Translations under genes and position numbers: made by a program
Assembly: GCA_024704765.1 (NCBI GenBank)
Contig: JAKMXF010000023.1
Location: 24,883 to 88,882, forward strand
Direction of reading: 5' to 3'
DNA: 64,000 bases
From: Oopsacas minuta
Taxonomy: Eukaryota > Animalia > Porifera
The notes under the pieces: model-generated
Database searches by the model: none
What the model was told of the DNA's origin: nothing
What the model saw: the letters and a program-made list of their open reading frames with translations, nothing else
In this document: positions 49,806 through 62,882 of the stretch, piece after piece
Position numbering within the stretch: position 1 is the first letter of the stretch
How the letters are laid out: each line of letters opens with the position of its first letter

Positions 49806-51479
49806 ATGGAAGAATATGAACAACTCCAGCCGAGAAAATGGTATAAAAAACTGCTCTCCTATTGGATAGTCTCTGAGTTTTTAACGATAAACAAGCTAGC
49901 TTGGCCTTGTGCAATCACTTCATTCGGCAGTCAATTGCTACCAGTCATAAGTCTGTTCTTCACTGGCCATATTGGAGAGGGAGTGTACCTAGACGGAGCA
50001 GCACTAGCACTTTCATTTTCAAACATTTCATGTAAATCCATAATGATAGGATTGAGCTCAGGAATGGATACTCTCTGTTCTCAGGCTTACGGCGCAAAGA
50101 ACTACCCTCTCGTTGGCTTATACTTCCAACGTGCTCTACTCATTGGCCTGGTTACAAGTATTCCTATTATAGCTGTGTGTTTGAATGCAGAACCAATTTT
50201 GATAATAATACACCAGGATCCACAAGTTGCAGCAATCGCAGGCAAATATCTAAAGATATTTTGTATAGCTAATCCAGCTATTACAATATACTTTATGGCG
50301 AGAAAGTACATACAAACACAACGTGTAGTATATCCATGTCTAATACTGAATATTATCGGTAATCTAGTCAATGTAGCATGCCATTATCTATTCATAATCA
50401 AACTAAAATTCGGTGTAGAGGGGGCTGCTATTTCAATAGTAATCGGTTACTGGTCCTTTGCTTGCCTCTACATGGGATATATCCGTTGTTCCTCTCTGTA
50501 CAGGTCCTCTTGGCAGGGTTGGAGAGTGGATGCTCTGAAGGGCTGGCTACACTACTGCAAGTTCGGAGTTCCAGGCTTAATAATGCTATGTCTGGAAAGG
50601 TGGACGTTTGAGATTGGGTTTCTGATTGTAGGGGCTACTAGTGTTGATCCTAAAATACAGTTGGGAATATTCTCAGTGATGTTAAGTGTGAGTGGGCAAT
50701 TATTTACGATTCCCGTTGGATTTGGCATAGCTACAACTGTCCGTGTTGGAAATCTTTTAGGAGCAAATAATCCATCTTTAGCTCGTAAATCATCCTATTT
50801 AAGTCTGTGTATTATTGTGGTGATAGGAATGCATTTCTCAGTAGCAGTATTGCTACTGAGATCTTATCTACCACAGATATTCACAAAAGATGATTGTATT
50901 ATTGCAGGGGCCAGTAGCTCATTGTTTATCACTGCCATTTACCAAAACTTTGATGGTTTAAAATTAACAGGAGGAGCTGTTTTAAAAGGATGCGGCCGTC
51001 AGAAGATTGGATCGATTACAAATCTACTTGTCTATCAATTTTTCGCGGTTCCTCTCTCTATCTGTTTGTGTGTGGTAGCGAAAATGGAAGCGATGGGTTA
51101 TTGGATAGGAATGGCATTAGCTATCATTTTACAGTCATTAATATTCCTAATCATTGTTCTTTGCACTAACTGGAGAAAAGTAGCAGATAAAGCTCAGATA
51201 AACGCAGGCATTAAACCTGCAGACAGAAAATTGCATGACAACACAGGTTATGAATCATTGAGTCACTTAACTGCAAGGTATAATGTTAAGGCGCAAGGAA
51301 AGAGAAGAATATTCAGGTTATCTGGGAATACAAGCAAGATATTAATGATTGCTACCTTCATTGCCTTATTCGCATTAGGTTTTGGATTCTCTTTCTACAA
51401 TTATGACAGCACAGTTCCTGTACCTCTCAAATATAATAATTCCTCCCACAATATTACTAAGGCAATCTGTCAATATTGA
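49806..51479 (+). CDS. MATE family (SLC47-like) multidrug/toxin extrusion transporter, 557 aa, single exon
   Basis: GLSSGMDTLCSQAYGAKNY, CLERWTFE, RVGNLLGANNP, GAVLKGCGRQKIG; extra C-terminal TM helix. First ATG at 49806. Confidence 0.93.
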   Translation: MEEYEQLQPRKWYKKLLSYWIVSEFLTINKLAWPCAITSFGSQLLPVISLFFTGHIGEGVYLDGAALALSFSNISCKSIMIGLSSGMDTLCSQAYGAKNYPLVGLYFQRALLIGLVTSIPIIAVCLNAEPILIIIHQDPQVAAIAGKYLKIFCIANPAITIYFMARKYIQTQRVVYPCLILNIIGNLVNVACHYLFIIKLKFGVEGAAISIVIGYWSFACLYMGYIRCSSLYRSSWQGWRVDALKGWLHYCKFGVPGLIMLCLERWTFEIGFLIVGATSVDPKIQLGIFSVMLSVSGQLFTIPVGFGIATTVRVGNLLGANNPSLARKSSYLSLCIIVVIGMHFSVAVLLLRSYLPQIFTKDDCIIAGASSSLFITAIYQNFDGLKLTGGAVLKGCGRQKIGSITNLLVYQFFAVPLSICLCVVAKMEAMGYWIGMALAIILQSLIFLIIVLCTNWRKVADKAQINAGIKPADRKLHDNTGYESLSHLTARYNVKAQGKRRIFRLSGNTSKILMIATFIALFALGFGFSFYNYDSTVPVPLKYNNSSHNITKAICQY

Positions 51480-52564
51480 ATTTTGTTATTCATTAATTCC
51501 TAGAGTACTAATCTCAATAGTAGAGATTCATAATTTGAGCTATTAATACTGATAATATTCGGTTGCCGCCGAGTACAGCGGCGGATCGATCCAAGATATT
51601 TTTGATTAATCATATTTTCACACCTTTTGGTGAACATTTCAAAATTATCCTAGAGATTAGCTTCAATTTGTTAAGTAGGGGTAAACAGGGACGGAGAATT
51701 CGATTCTAACCTTTTAAATATCTAACAAGATTAGTAAAATACAATTTTATCTTTCTTTGCTAAAGTGGATATTTAGTAGAATATTATAGTTTCAATAATC
51801 CAATAAAATATATTTGGCAAATTTAAGTCGGCACAGACGGTGATTGAGATTTGTCAATTTGATATTTCTGGGTTAATATGTACTCAAAATAAGAAATTGA
51901 AATTTCAAAGGTCTGCTCGTGTATGTATTACAGAGGTTCTACTGTATAGCACTATTAACTACGTATCAGTGTTGCAGCGGTCCGGGAATTTCATGGACCA
52001 TACCGATAGCATAAACCTGGTCAATTCGTGTACAGCCACTCTAAAGTTTTTGACAAGTTTTAGCGGAAGATAAGCTTCGATACATGTCCGATAAAGCGGG
52101 ACATTTGTATATTGGCTCAGCACTAAATGGTTGCTATCTGTATAGTATATATGTAATTATTTATAAATAATTCATATTTCTATAAAATTGAAAAATTGAA
52201 TTAATAAAGTAATATTTCGACAATTTGTTTACTTTATACTCATAAAAACAACAAAGAATTTACATAAGAGAAACTTGAAAATGGCGAAATTCGGATTCAG
52301 CACACTTTGATATTCACCTATAGCCGTTGAGAGCAAGTCCCTAAGTATATACTAAGATTTCAAATATTTGTTTACTTTATACTCATAAAAACAACAATAT
52401 ATTTATATATGAGAAACTTGAAAATGCGTAATTCGGATTCAGCACACTCTGTTATCCCATAGTAGCCGAAAGAGTAAGTCTTAATAATATAGAAGATAGA
52501 TTCCAGCACCCATACAGCACTACTAACAAAGGATTGCAAGCTTTGCTAGACTAAGGAAATCCTA

Positions 52565-52999
52565 AATCTTTATTATAGAATCTCAATTGTTGTTTGTTGT
52601 TTGTCTGTCCGTTGTCAAGGAAAGGATTTACGGTATGCAATTTTCAAATTGTTGAATAACCATGTATTTATCGTGTATATCAAAGTAAATAGAATTCAAT
52701 CAAACTTAACTAAATATATCGAACATGCTGAATCCGATTTTCAAACTTTTGAGTTAATCATATGTAAATTGATAGTTGTTTTATGAATATACGTAAAGTA
52801 AACAAATTATCCAAATTTCAAAATATACGCAGAGGCTTGCTCTAAACGGCTACTCAGGGGCAATCAAGTATCCTGAATCCTGATTTCATATCTCTGTTAT
52901 GCTAATTCATTATTCTTTATGACATAATGAAATGATCTAAATACAATTTGCCTAATAGGGCCCATGGAGGCCGTCAATTTGAAGGAGCCAAAGGCTCGT
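52565..52999 (+). mobile_element. Near full-length Helitron-like family A copy
   Basis: ATCTCAATTGTTGTTTG..GTCTGTCCGTTGTCAAGG start, family core, GAGCCAAAGGCTC end. Confidence 0.6.
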
Positions 53000-53056
53000 T
53001 CAATATATAGGAATGAATTTAATAAAACAAATTGACTAACAACCGATTAATATATA

Positions 53057-56000
53057 TTATGTGACAACCCGCTTTAATTCCTTTCCTTTAAGGAGAGATG
53101 CTACAGGAGCTATCTTCATTAAATCTACAACAGTCAGGCCCTGCTTCTCTCCACCGATAACAAACACGTATGGATTATCAGGTGAGAACTCAGCACAGTA
53201 GAGTTTACCTTGAGCAGGGCTACATGAGTGAAGACACTTCACACCTCCTCCAGACACATCCCACACATTATAAGACTTGTCAACAGATGTGGATACCAGT
53301 AGGCCAGGTAGGAATGTACTTAAAGCTATATCAGTAACAGGCTTCGCATGAGCAGCTATCTTATACAATATCTCACCTGTATCACTGCTAATACAGATTA
53401 CATGACCAGACTCTGTACAAGCTATAACACGTATGGGGTCTAAATGATCCCAGATAACCTTCTCTATCTCACTGTTAAGACTAACAGCAGAGATTAGCTT
53501 ATCCTCTGTCGTACAGTCAAATATACGGACACATCCATCTACACAGCCTGTTAGTAATTGGGAGGTATTGTATGGATGCCAAGCTATGCTCTGTACTACA
53601 TCAGGATGTAGGAGAGTTTCAATACACACTACATTCTTAATATCCCAAATACGAACTGTTCTATCAGCTGATCCGCTAGCTAACAGATGAGGTGTGGCTT
53701 TATTCCAGGATAGACACAACACAGGTTTATTGTGTCTGTTCTTTGATAGTTTCTTCTTAGACTTACCCTTCCGCATACCTAACACAATATAAGGCTCAAT
53801 GCTGTCTACTAGGTCTAAGTCCCATAGTTCTATCTCAGGTTCCATAGTACCTACTGCTATAAGAGACACACCCTCAAGTCTAACAAGCTCTATACTCAGA
53901 GGATGAGCGTTAAGCATAACCTCGTGATGACAGTACTGATCTTCTGTAGATTCATTGTATATATGTACTTCTATAACACTATACTCGTCATCAGCACGTC
54001 CTACTAGCACTAGATTATCTGTAGACTCAATAGTAAAGTCCTGACTAGATGTATCACTAATGTTATCTAGAGTTATGTACGGATCCTCTGCAGGAGTTGA
54101 GTAGCAGGTTAATCCCTGCATGCTAGCTCCTGTTAACTGTAAGGCCTGTTCTTCTATGTCATAAGCATCTAGATTGTATATCTGCTCTATGTTATCCGCT
54201 GGTGTAGCTCCTTGTTCTGTAGATATGTCCTCTTCTGTAGGATAAGGCATAATTAAATTTATTCGTCTAATCATGGAAATGTATTAGAGAGGTCCAGACA
54301 GTGCTGTCCACAAATTAGCAAGGATTTTCAGGCCATTACAGTTCACTTGTTATTAGAAATAATCTTTATATAGAAAGTTCACGTATCAGGAAATTATACG
54401 ATTTGCTAATTGGCGAACTCAACTGGAATTGTGTTTGTTAAGTTGTAGAATAAATAGTTTCAGCTCTACAAGGATTCTGTAAAGAATGTTCGGCATTTCA
54501 TTATCCATTTAATCTTAAGAGAAGACTATAACGTGTGATTTTGGGAGGGATATTGAGCGATCGATACACATACCGTATACATATGTATGGTTAATACATT
54601 TCGTTATTATAGAAACTGGGAATTTTTACCCTAATGAAAAGTATTGAATATTTGTAGAAAAATATATCCATGGTAAAGTGCTTCAGAATTCTTTGATGTC
54701 ATTATATAGTCAATCTTTTGCGGAAATTCCAATCATTTATTATCCATGGTCCACCAAAATTCCATTTAATGGCCTTCTGTGGTAATACTGGAGCTGCTAC
54801 AGGGCTTTGGTTAGAAATCTTGGAATTTCGTGGCTCGTGTATTAAGAAATTCTAAAATTCTCGAAATTTGGAAAGAATTCAAAATTTGTACAGTCATTAT
54901 GACGTAATCATTCCATGATGAGTCATCATTTGGTCAAAGTGACGCCATAGGTGTGAATTTTCGTCCAAGACTCGAACTTGCGTCAACCAGACCCAAAAAT
55001 ACCCCTGTATGCCCAAATAAGCCCTGGAGGTCTTCCTGTTTCTTCAATCAATCCTGGACATAGTTACACACAGACACACATGTACATATTACTTGCGTGT
55101 TAATAGTATATTATACAGTGGAGTCTCCGAATAACTGACACGTTGGGGATATGGCTTCTGTCCGTTGTAGAGAATTGTCCGCTCCTCGGAGACTGCTTAA
55201 GTAGTAATTACATGCTTGGTAAATTCAATCCGTACTACGAGGTTTGTCCGTTGCACGGAGTTGTCCGCTTCTCAGAGTGTCTCCACTGTATATATATATA
55301 CGCCTTCTTAGAACCATGTAATCGTTAAGTATTACATCTTTCTGAGCTTAAATTCACTCATAGTTGGAAGTGCTACAGTTACAAGTCTTAGGCTACTTTC
55401 ATTTGTCTATAGTACCAATTACAAACACAAAAACTACCAATAAGCGTCTCCTAATCAAATCCTATAACACCACAGGGCTAGTGACGGTAATAAGAATTCT
55501 GGATAGTTAGTATATATTTCGGCGGCCCTCGGTTCTCGTAATTACGATACTCTACTGTATGAAAATATGAAGAAAGCTGAATAACGATATTCCAGAAAAT
55601 ATGGAGACCAGGTGATTGAGCAGCTTTTGTATTATTGCGTGGTCGAGGCAACGGTATGTTTGGTTAGGTTATGACCCAACCAAATTTTGCTCTTTCCAGA
55701 AAGACTAATAGAAATGTATTTGTGTGTCCCTGCCATTACTGTCATCATGGCTCGAAATCCCTACCAACTCACATCCCGAATCTACGCTCCTGTATTGTGT
55801 CGAAAAAGATAGCAATTAGCCTAGAAATCTCTAAAGAGCTCACAAAGATCAAACTCATCACATCCTTTGAACAACCCTGGATCCTCCCCAGGCTGGCACC
55901 AGTGTATTTTCCAGACGTAAGCAGTACGCCTACAGGCACATAAATATCAGCTAAATATATCACGAAAATTTGCGAGACTCCGATATAGCAATACAATTTG

Positions 56001-56517
56001 TATAATCTACAGCGTAGGCATATGAAAAGAAGTATAATGCAGCCTTAGGCATATGGCACTGAGAGCCTGGAGCTGGATGAATCCCTCTCGACAACATTCA
56101 ATTCGAACTGTTATGGGAAAAAATTGTTCAATTAACGAATATTCGGATTATCGAACTGAATTTATAAAACGCAGTAGACTCCACTCAATACCGGTTGATA
56201 TGGTAAACTGAACCTATTAAGGAGTCTACTTGTATATGTTTCAAGGGAAAAATTGTTAGAACTATCGGTTGTCGACTGTATGCATCACCCTACTTCTACC
56301 TAATCATTACATGACAGAGTAATACATATGAGAGCTATTAGCAGTAATTACCTGCTGGTATAGCAGAGTCTTGTGTATCATCCATAACTTCATCAGTACC
56401 ATCATGTTGCTGCTGCATGAGTTCTTGTATCTGAGTATCATCTAGTTTGATACGATCTGGATTAGACTGAGGCACACCTTTTGGTACCCAACACACTGAT
56501 GAGATTACTGTAGGCAT
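53057..56517 (-). CDS. PWP1: Periodic tryptophan protein 1 (WD40), 447 aa; exons 56517-56352 and 54234-53057
   Basis: Exon 1 (not in the ORF track) reads MPTVISSVCWVPKG, donor CAG|GTAATT, phase 1; matching acceptor CCTACAG|AA. Motifs: YCHHEVML, AVGTMEPEIELWDLD, LLASGSADRTV. Confidence 0.9.
55116..55288. mobile_element. Tc1/mariner (Tigger-like) MITE in the PWP1 intron
   Basis: TA|CAGTGGAG ... CTCCACTG|TA. Confidence 0.7.
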
Positions 56518-57060
56518 TCAATCAGAGAGGAGAGAGCAATTACTGATTATCTATTTTATATTAGTAACTAAGAGATGTGTAGTAACCTAGGACCAGGGAT
56601 TGGTTGAACTCAAAGAATAGAAACTATGTTAGTCAGATTTCAGAGCTGTCTTTGTTTAAAGTGTTAATGTGGAATTATTAACATTTTGTATATTGTATGA
56701 ATATCATATACATGGGTCTATTCGGTTGTGTTACAATTTCTTAATTCAGTTCCCCCCTGAACTAAGGAATTCTCGGATCAGTCAAAACAATATAGAAAAA
56801 ATCTCAAATCAGTCTTAAATTTACCAAATTCATCTTTAGTGGATTATTGAAAATATAATATTCTAGTAAATATCCATTTTAGCGAAGAAAGATAAAATTG
56901 AATTTTACTAATCTTGTTAGATATTTAAAATGTTAAAATCAAATTCTACGTCCCTGTTTACCTCTACTTAACAAGTGGAAGCTAATCTCTAGGATAATTT
57001 TGAAATGTTCACCAAAAGGTGTGAAAATATGATTAACCATATGATAAATCAGTGTATATA

Positions 57061-57247
57061 CAGTAGAACTCGGTTAGCACGTACCCTGGATAAGACGTAC
57101 TTCGGCTTAGTACGTACTAAATTTTATGAACCAAAATTCATTGTTACATAGGATTCTATGTAAATACAACTCGGTTAGTACGTACACTCGGATAGTACGT
57201 ACTTTTTTAGACTTCCCGAGGGGGTACGTCTTATCCGAGTTCTATTG
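57061..57247. mobile_element. Tigger-like MITE
   Basis: TA|CAGTAGAACTCGG ... CCGAGTTCTATTG|TA, with internal GTACGTAC repeats. Confidence 0.75.
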
Positions 57248-57657
57248 TATATATATTTAATAGACTGCTTGACCAATAGAATTACAGTCTGCATCAATAT
57301 AAATACATTACAGTGCTAATTAAAGTATAAACAACTAATTTTATGCATTTATGCTTAATTGTAAAACTCAACAATCTGATTGAGCAAAATATAGAGGTGT
57401 AAAAGATGTGAAAATACACACATTAGAAAATTTTCAAATGTTAGCTGCACAACTACATGTCACTACGAGTATACTTGCCAAATTTGGTGTCTTAATCTCC
57501 AAAAGGTGTGAACAGCTGAGTGAAAACAGTTTATGAAAATATTCAAACAATAATTTTAGTATTAACTAATTTAGTCGGGAAGAAAGACTACAGAATTATT
57601 TCAATATTTGTATTACCTCTTTGATAAGTCTGTGTTCATTAATTATGAATATATTTA

Positions 57658-57941
57658 CCGTATTTCCCCGAATAAGCGCCGGGGTTTCATATGCACGAAA
57701 AAAATAAGCGCCAGGGCGCTTATTCGGGGAAATACGTTAAATCAAATTGTTATACTAGATGACGAAAATTTGTGTGAGGAGGACCAGTATGATCCTTATA
57801 AATGCACTACATAGTTACGTATCTTTTATTTATTACTAACTTCATCATTGTATTATTAGATACTACCTATTGAATTAGGGAAAACTAATTTCTACATCTT
57901 TCCTAAAATAAGCGCCGGGGCGCTTATTCGGGGAAATACGG
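57658..57941. mobile_element. pogo/Tc2-like MITE with an internal duplicated TIR
   Basis: TA|CCGTATTTCCCCGAATAAGCGCC ... GGCGCTTATTCGGGGAAATACGG|TA; extra TIR copy near 57715-57737. Confidence 0.75.
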
Positions 57942-58368
57942 TATATCAATAAAACAGAAATCCAGAGATTTGGAGATAAATATGATGGAAATAGTTAGAG
58001 TTGGTAAGTATGAATCATACACGAATTACCCGAATGGCAGATAACATAGCGGAAACATCTAAGCAGGTTTAAGCTCATTTTTGTGATTTAGTGTTTTAGG
58101 GACTCTTCTATACGCGCTTTCATCAGCATACTATAGCCATGCTGTAATTCCCCACTCCAAACAAGTTAGGAGTGTCTCATAATAATAACCATGAACAACA
58201 ACGGATATTCCGATCCCTATAATATCATAACACAAGCTATATCACACTACAAGATTTCGATAATTAAGAAATACAAACGTTCGAAACTACCACTCTATAA
58301 CAATGGGAAATATACTTTAATCCCTGTTATGTAGAATATAACTAAGCTAATCCAATTAGGTTCTTGAA

Positions 58369-58740
58369 TCAAACTTTCAGAAACTCAGAGAGCTCCTTGA
58401 GAAGAGCTTCTGAAGCCGGAGTCTTCTCGTTCTCACTCATAGAAGCTACCATTATCTTGATATATTCCCTCATTGCGACATCCTTACTCATGTCTCCTAG
58501 AGCATTCCAAGCATCCCATTTAGCTTTACCAGTGAAGTCTAGCATACCAGGACGAGGCATGTCACATTTCCCGATAGTAGCCTGTTTGTAATGAGAGTAA
58601 TACTTTAACTTTAGTTCTTGAGATGGCTGTATAGACCCCTCAGGTGGGAGGGAGCGGATGAAGTCAGCTGCTTTCTGGAAATTAGCGGCGAGGTCTCCTG
58701 CAGTAGCCATTTTATATAAATAATCACTAATTTTAGTCAT
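58369..58740 (-). CDS. Acyl-CoA-binding domain protein (ACBP family); alternative start at 58710
   Basis: KLKYYSHYKQATIG, RPGMLDFTGKAKWDAWN, MSKDVAMREYI. Confidence 0.92.
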   Translation of the reverse strand: MTKISDYLYKMATAGDLAANFQKAADFIRSLPPEGSIQPSQELKLKYYSHYKQATIGKCDMPRPGMLDFTGKAKWDAWNALGDMSKDVAMREYIKIMVASMSENEKTPASEALLKELSEFLKV

Positions 58741-59482
58741 AAAATAATAGCGTCATGTTATCTACTTATTCAGCTTTGTCATGAGAATTTTGGAGCGCTT
58801 GGAAAGTTGTCCTGGGGACCAATATCCAGGGTTGCCGTAGAACGCAATATCAATCCCAATTCCCACAGGATCTCTATGAGAATTCCGGCAACCCTGCCAA
58901 TATCCCATAAAATTTTGAATTTTGGTCCTAGAAATCGCCCTAAACTAAAACTTAAGGTAGAAACGTCTATGTAAGCGGAATCACCCAAGAGTTATTCTGA
59001 CGCTAATATATTAAGGGATATAGACTCTAAAAACACAACATGGCCGACGCTCAATTAAATCGGGCGAAAAAAACTGAATATTTAGCTTCAAAACGTCAGT
59101 AAATCAATCAATAAAATAATAAATCATGAAAGAATACGTCATTAATCTTAGTTGGTAAAATTTAAGGGAATTATAGAACCTAATTGTATCTATGATTCGA
59201 AAATTTTACATACTTCAGTGTAACTAAGTTGTATTATACGTTATACCGGATCTATTTGAACGTATTATAAGTATATTAATCTCGAAATAGGAGATTTTGA
59301 CATTTTTAGACTTGTATAAATCAGATAATTATCAAGTATTATATAATTTGGTTAAATATTAGTTGACTAAGCTTAAAGCTGAGTGTTCTCATTAACAATT
59401 CTATAACTACTAGTTTCATGCAAAACATTTATTTCAGAATTCAGCCTAGTAGAAGTTAGGTCACCAAAATCGTAGGTTGAAG

Positions 59483-59649
59483 CAGGGGTGGCGCCAGGAA
59501 ATCCCCGACAAGGGGGCTTAGGTCCCCAATAGGGTGTCTAAATTTGTGATCTAAATCTTAGAATACTACACTGTTTTACTAAATAGAATTCATATTCTTG
59601 TCAAATTTCTTCCAATTCCTTCCCCGACCCCCCCCTAGCGCCACCCCTG
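59483..59649. mobile_element. hAT-type MITE
   Basis: TIR CAGGGGTGGCGC(C/T)AGG; perfect 8-bp TSD GGTTGAAG. Confidence 0.85.
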
Positions 59650-60143
59650 GGTTGAAGGTATAATACGTATCATGCATAAGAGATAATATATATAGAGAGA
59701 GCTCAGCTCTCCTAGAGCACAGTTATGCCCATATTAGTGCTACATATATTGAAATCACGGAAGTTTGAAGAGTCAAGTTAAGTCATTCAATTTAGGTAAT
59801 CTATAGTCGGAAAAGTTATGCAGGCGTGGGATTCGAACCCGAAGAAACCAAAAAACAAAATACACAGACCCTCATATTATATTATATTGCATTATACTCA
59901 CCATTAACTAATATGGATGAAATCTGAGCTCTGATATAATATTTCTATAAGTAATGTCCTCATTGAGAGGTGTATTAAACAAGTTTTAGTTGAAATGTAA
60001 TTCGCAATATAAAAAAAGTTGTCAGCCCTGTCGTAAATGAATAAGAATCAAATTAAGTGATTTATTTTCTGCTCTAGAAGACAAAAATATAAAAATATGC
60101 ATAAGATAATTAGATAAATAAAAATCTTTAAATAAAAATAGAG

Positions 60144-61424
60144 CTAATTATTGGTATTCTCTTGACAAAGAAAGTCCTTACTCTCTAGATCATATTTATA
60201 GTCGAATAATATGAAATCATTACGGAATATCTCGAATAATCTCTGACGTATATTCTGCGGAATATCACTGAAATACTGGTTACATTTATCACGTGTTGCC
60301 TTCTTTTCAAATTCTTCGAAATACAAACGAGGGTTCGTTGCTTTGTTCTTCTGAACATAATCGACTAACAACTGTGATTCTTCAGAAACATTATCATGCT
60401 CTATCATTATGTCGAAATGAACAGCACATGGGTTACAAATTCTGGATACAGGTTTCCAATGCATGTTCATTTCGTCTACACCCTTTTCATCTACTGTATC
60501 AATCACGTAATTCAAAAACTCAATAAAAGTGATGCCAAATTTATCTTCTGCTGAACTCAAACGGTCTATTTGTTTGAGAATATGTTGCTTCTCTGAATCA
60601 GGCAAATATGTGTATTGTCTTTCAAAGCTCTGCCTGTCGTGAGGATATTTCTTCAAATAATTCGAAATAATAATAGCTTTTGCATAAGTGTTCACAAACC
60701 AAAATTTAGGTGGATCTTGGAATTTGTTACGGTAACCTGAGACAAGACGTTCGAATGGATGTCTGTGTATAAAGAATTTGGTGTAAGTTTGTATGCGACG
60801 TGCTGTTTCTCTTTGCTCTTCGAAATAATTACTCAAACTAATTTTATTCACAAAATCCCTACTCGGAGCTAAATTTGGAACTACCATCTTTGCGAATTGT
60901 TTAGTCCATGTATCTGATGATGCTTTTGGTACAAGGCAATGTATTAATTCAAAATCATCATTGAATTGCATGAAGTTTAGTGCACGAAGCAAAAGTTTAT
61001 AGTTAATTTCCTCTGGAAGCTTTTGGCAGGTCTTATTCACAAATTCAATGCGTTCTAAAAACTTTGGGTAGATTTGTGTAAGAGGATGTACTCCTTTCTT
61101 TATCATAGCATCAACATATTGCTGAGTGAAATGTATTTGTCTGTTAGTATATTCTGTTTCTATCAAAATGTCTCCATCCCAATTATCTCTGTATTCAATC
61201 CAGGAGTCGGATGAAGTATTCAAAATTGTAGGTACATTTACTGAATTATATAATGGAATTTGTTCTTTAAGATATTGCTCTGATGATAAAAATATTATTG
61301 TAAAAATGCCTGTTAGAAGTATCCAGACTAGAATCACGAAAATATAGTTAAACTGTAGTCTTGGGTAATTCATGAAGTTCTGTAGGATATGAATCTCTAA
61401 TACACTACCAGGGAAGTATGACAC
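60144..61424 (-). CDS. Carbohydrate sulfotransferase (Sulfotransfer_2 / CHST8-14-like), type II membrane protein; likely start 61373 or 61424
   Basis: N-terminal TM helix, 5-prime PAPS site CLVPKASSDTW, 3-prime site RHPFERLVSGYRNKF, HWKP..C.PC. Confidence 0.92.
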   Translation of the reverse strand: MSYFPGSVLEIHILQNFMNYPRLQFNYIFVILVWILLTGIFTIIFLSSEQYLKEQIPLYNSVNVPTILNTSSDSWIEYRDNWDGDILIETEYTNRQIHFTQQYVDAMIKKGVHPLTQIYPKFLERIEFVNKTCQKLPEEINYKLLLRALNFMQFNDDFELIHCLVPKASSDTWTKQFAKMVVPNLAPSRDFVNKISLSNYFEEQRETARRIQTYTKFFIHRHPFERLVSGYRNKFQDPPKFWFVNTYAKAIIISNYLKKYPHDRQSFERQYTYLPDSEKQHILKQIDRLSSAEDKFGITFIEFLNYVIDTVDEKGVDEMNMHWKPVSRICNPCAVHFDIMIEHDNVSEESQLLVDYVQKNKATNPRLYFEEFEKKATRDKCNQYFSDIPQNIRQRLFEIFRNDFILFDYKYDLESKDFLCQENTNN

Positions 61425-62119
61425 ATCACTACACAGTGCTCGACAAAATCAAAATTCGTTGGTGGCTATTAGCCACCAGTGTTCCCTCTAACTTTCGGGG
61501 GGCAGAACATCTGACAGGAGTGTTGTCAAAATTCAAGTGGTAAGGTCTCAAAATGATAAAATTCCGGGTAAATACCCCCCGGATTCCTTAGAGGACTACC
61601 ATATTTGAGTGTATAACTCAATATGGAAGGTAAATATTTGGGTGGCCTAAATGGTCTGGGCTTGCCTTCTAACTTACATTACCATCCCATTTATGGCATG
61701 ACAGCCCCATTGACGAATCGTGTAACCCATTGATCAATCGACTGACTAATTGACACATCATCATCATGACCAGTGCTCAAACTGGAATTTGGATGAGATA
61801 AACATGAATAATTCGTAATGTATTCTCGATGTTGTAGAACACTATGGTCGACTTTCAAATTTGAGGTAGGTATATGACATGGTGGATGGGGGGTTGGATC
61901 ACTCGATGGGTCAATGGGTCATAGGATGGGGCATAGGTATTGAGTAACGAATTGTGACGCATGGTCAACTCTGATACGTATACGGAGTCTATGTAGCCGG
62001 TGAAATATGTGTACGGATGCCACCTGACGGTTTGAGACCATATTAGTATAATTTCAATCTTCGATATCAGCAGTTATTTCCAGTAGAGTCGAGAGGGGGA
62101 CCAAATCCCCGTACGGTTG

Positions 62120-62440
62120 GCTGAAGTGAATAGAATTCAATAAAACTTCACTAAATTTATCGAACATAATGAATCCGATTTTCACACTTTTGAGTTAATC
62201 ATATATAAATTTATTGTTGTTTTATGGATATAAAGTAAAAAAATTGGCCAAATCTCAAATTATATATACAGGCTTGCTCTAAACGGCTACACAGGGGTAA
62301 CTACGCTGAATCCGAATTTCGCAAGTTTCTCATATGTAAATTTGTTGTTGTTTTTATGAATATAAAGTGAACAAATTTCTAAATTGTGGTAGAAACATAC
62401 TTTCAATGGTTATACTGGGGTAATCGAATATGCTGAGTCC
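62120..62440 (+). mobile_element. Helitron-like family A internal fragment
   Basis: AATAGAATTCAAT..GAATCCGATTTTCACACTTTTG..GCTCTAAACGGCTAC core. Confidence 0.55.
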
Positions 62441-62882
62441 AAACCGCACTGGTTATTTCGATATATACGTGTTCGATAAAACGGAAGTTGACTGAACTGA
62501 TAATGCTTTAAATATTAATTTAAGAAATGATATAAGACAACAGAAGACCAATATCTAAATTTAGGATCTCAGTACATAGATCATTGATGGATGAAATGTG
62601 TGCAGTATGCCCATTGAATGCAGACACAGTAGAATTGTTTTCGAGGTTGAAGCGATTGCACAATGACCGTACCTCTTCTACACTAAAGTCAACATCCAAA
62701 TTTTGTGGACAATATTTAGGATAAAGAACGTAAATGCCATCGAGAAGCTTCTGGTAAGTATCATGCTTTCGAACAGATCCAGCTGTTTCATAGAATAAGA
62801 CGATCGTTCATTGAATCGAGTAATTTTTCAATTAATGTAAAAATCTTCAGAAATATAGAGCATGAGTTTTGTGATGTCCACC

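Noticed and set aside
53057-54274. PWP1 starting at the ORF-track ATG 54274
   Set aside because: The conserved N-terminal WVPKG motif is in an upstream exon (56517-56352) with phase-compatible splice sites.
59822-59842. tRNA gene on the minus strand
   Set aside because: Only a T-arm/acceptor-like fragment (GGGTTCGAATCCCACGCCTGC); no D-arm or anticodon arm, so at most a SINE or tRNA relic.
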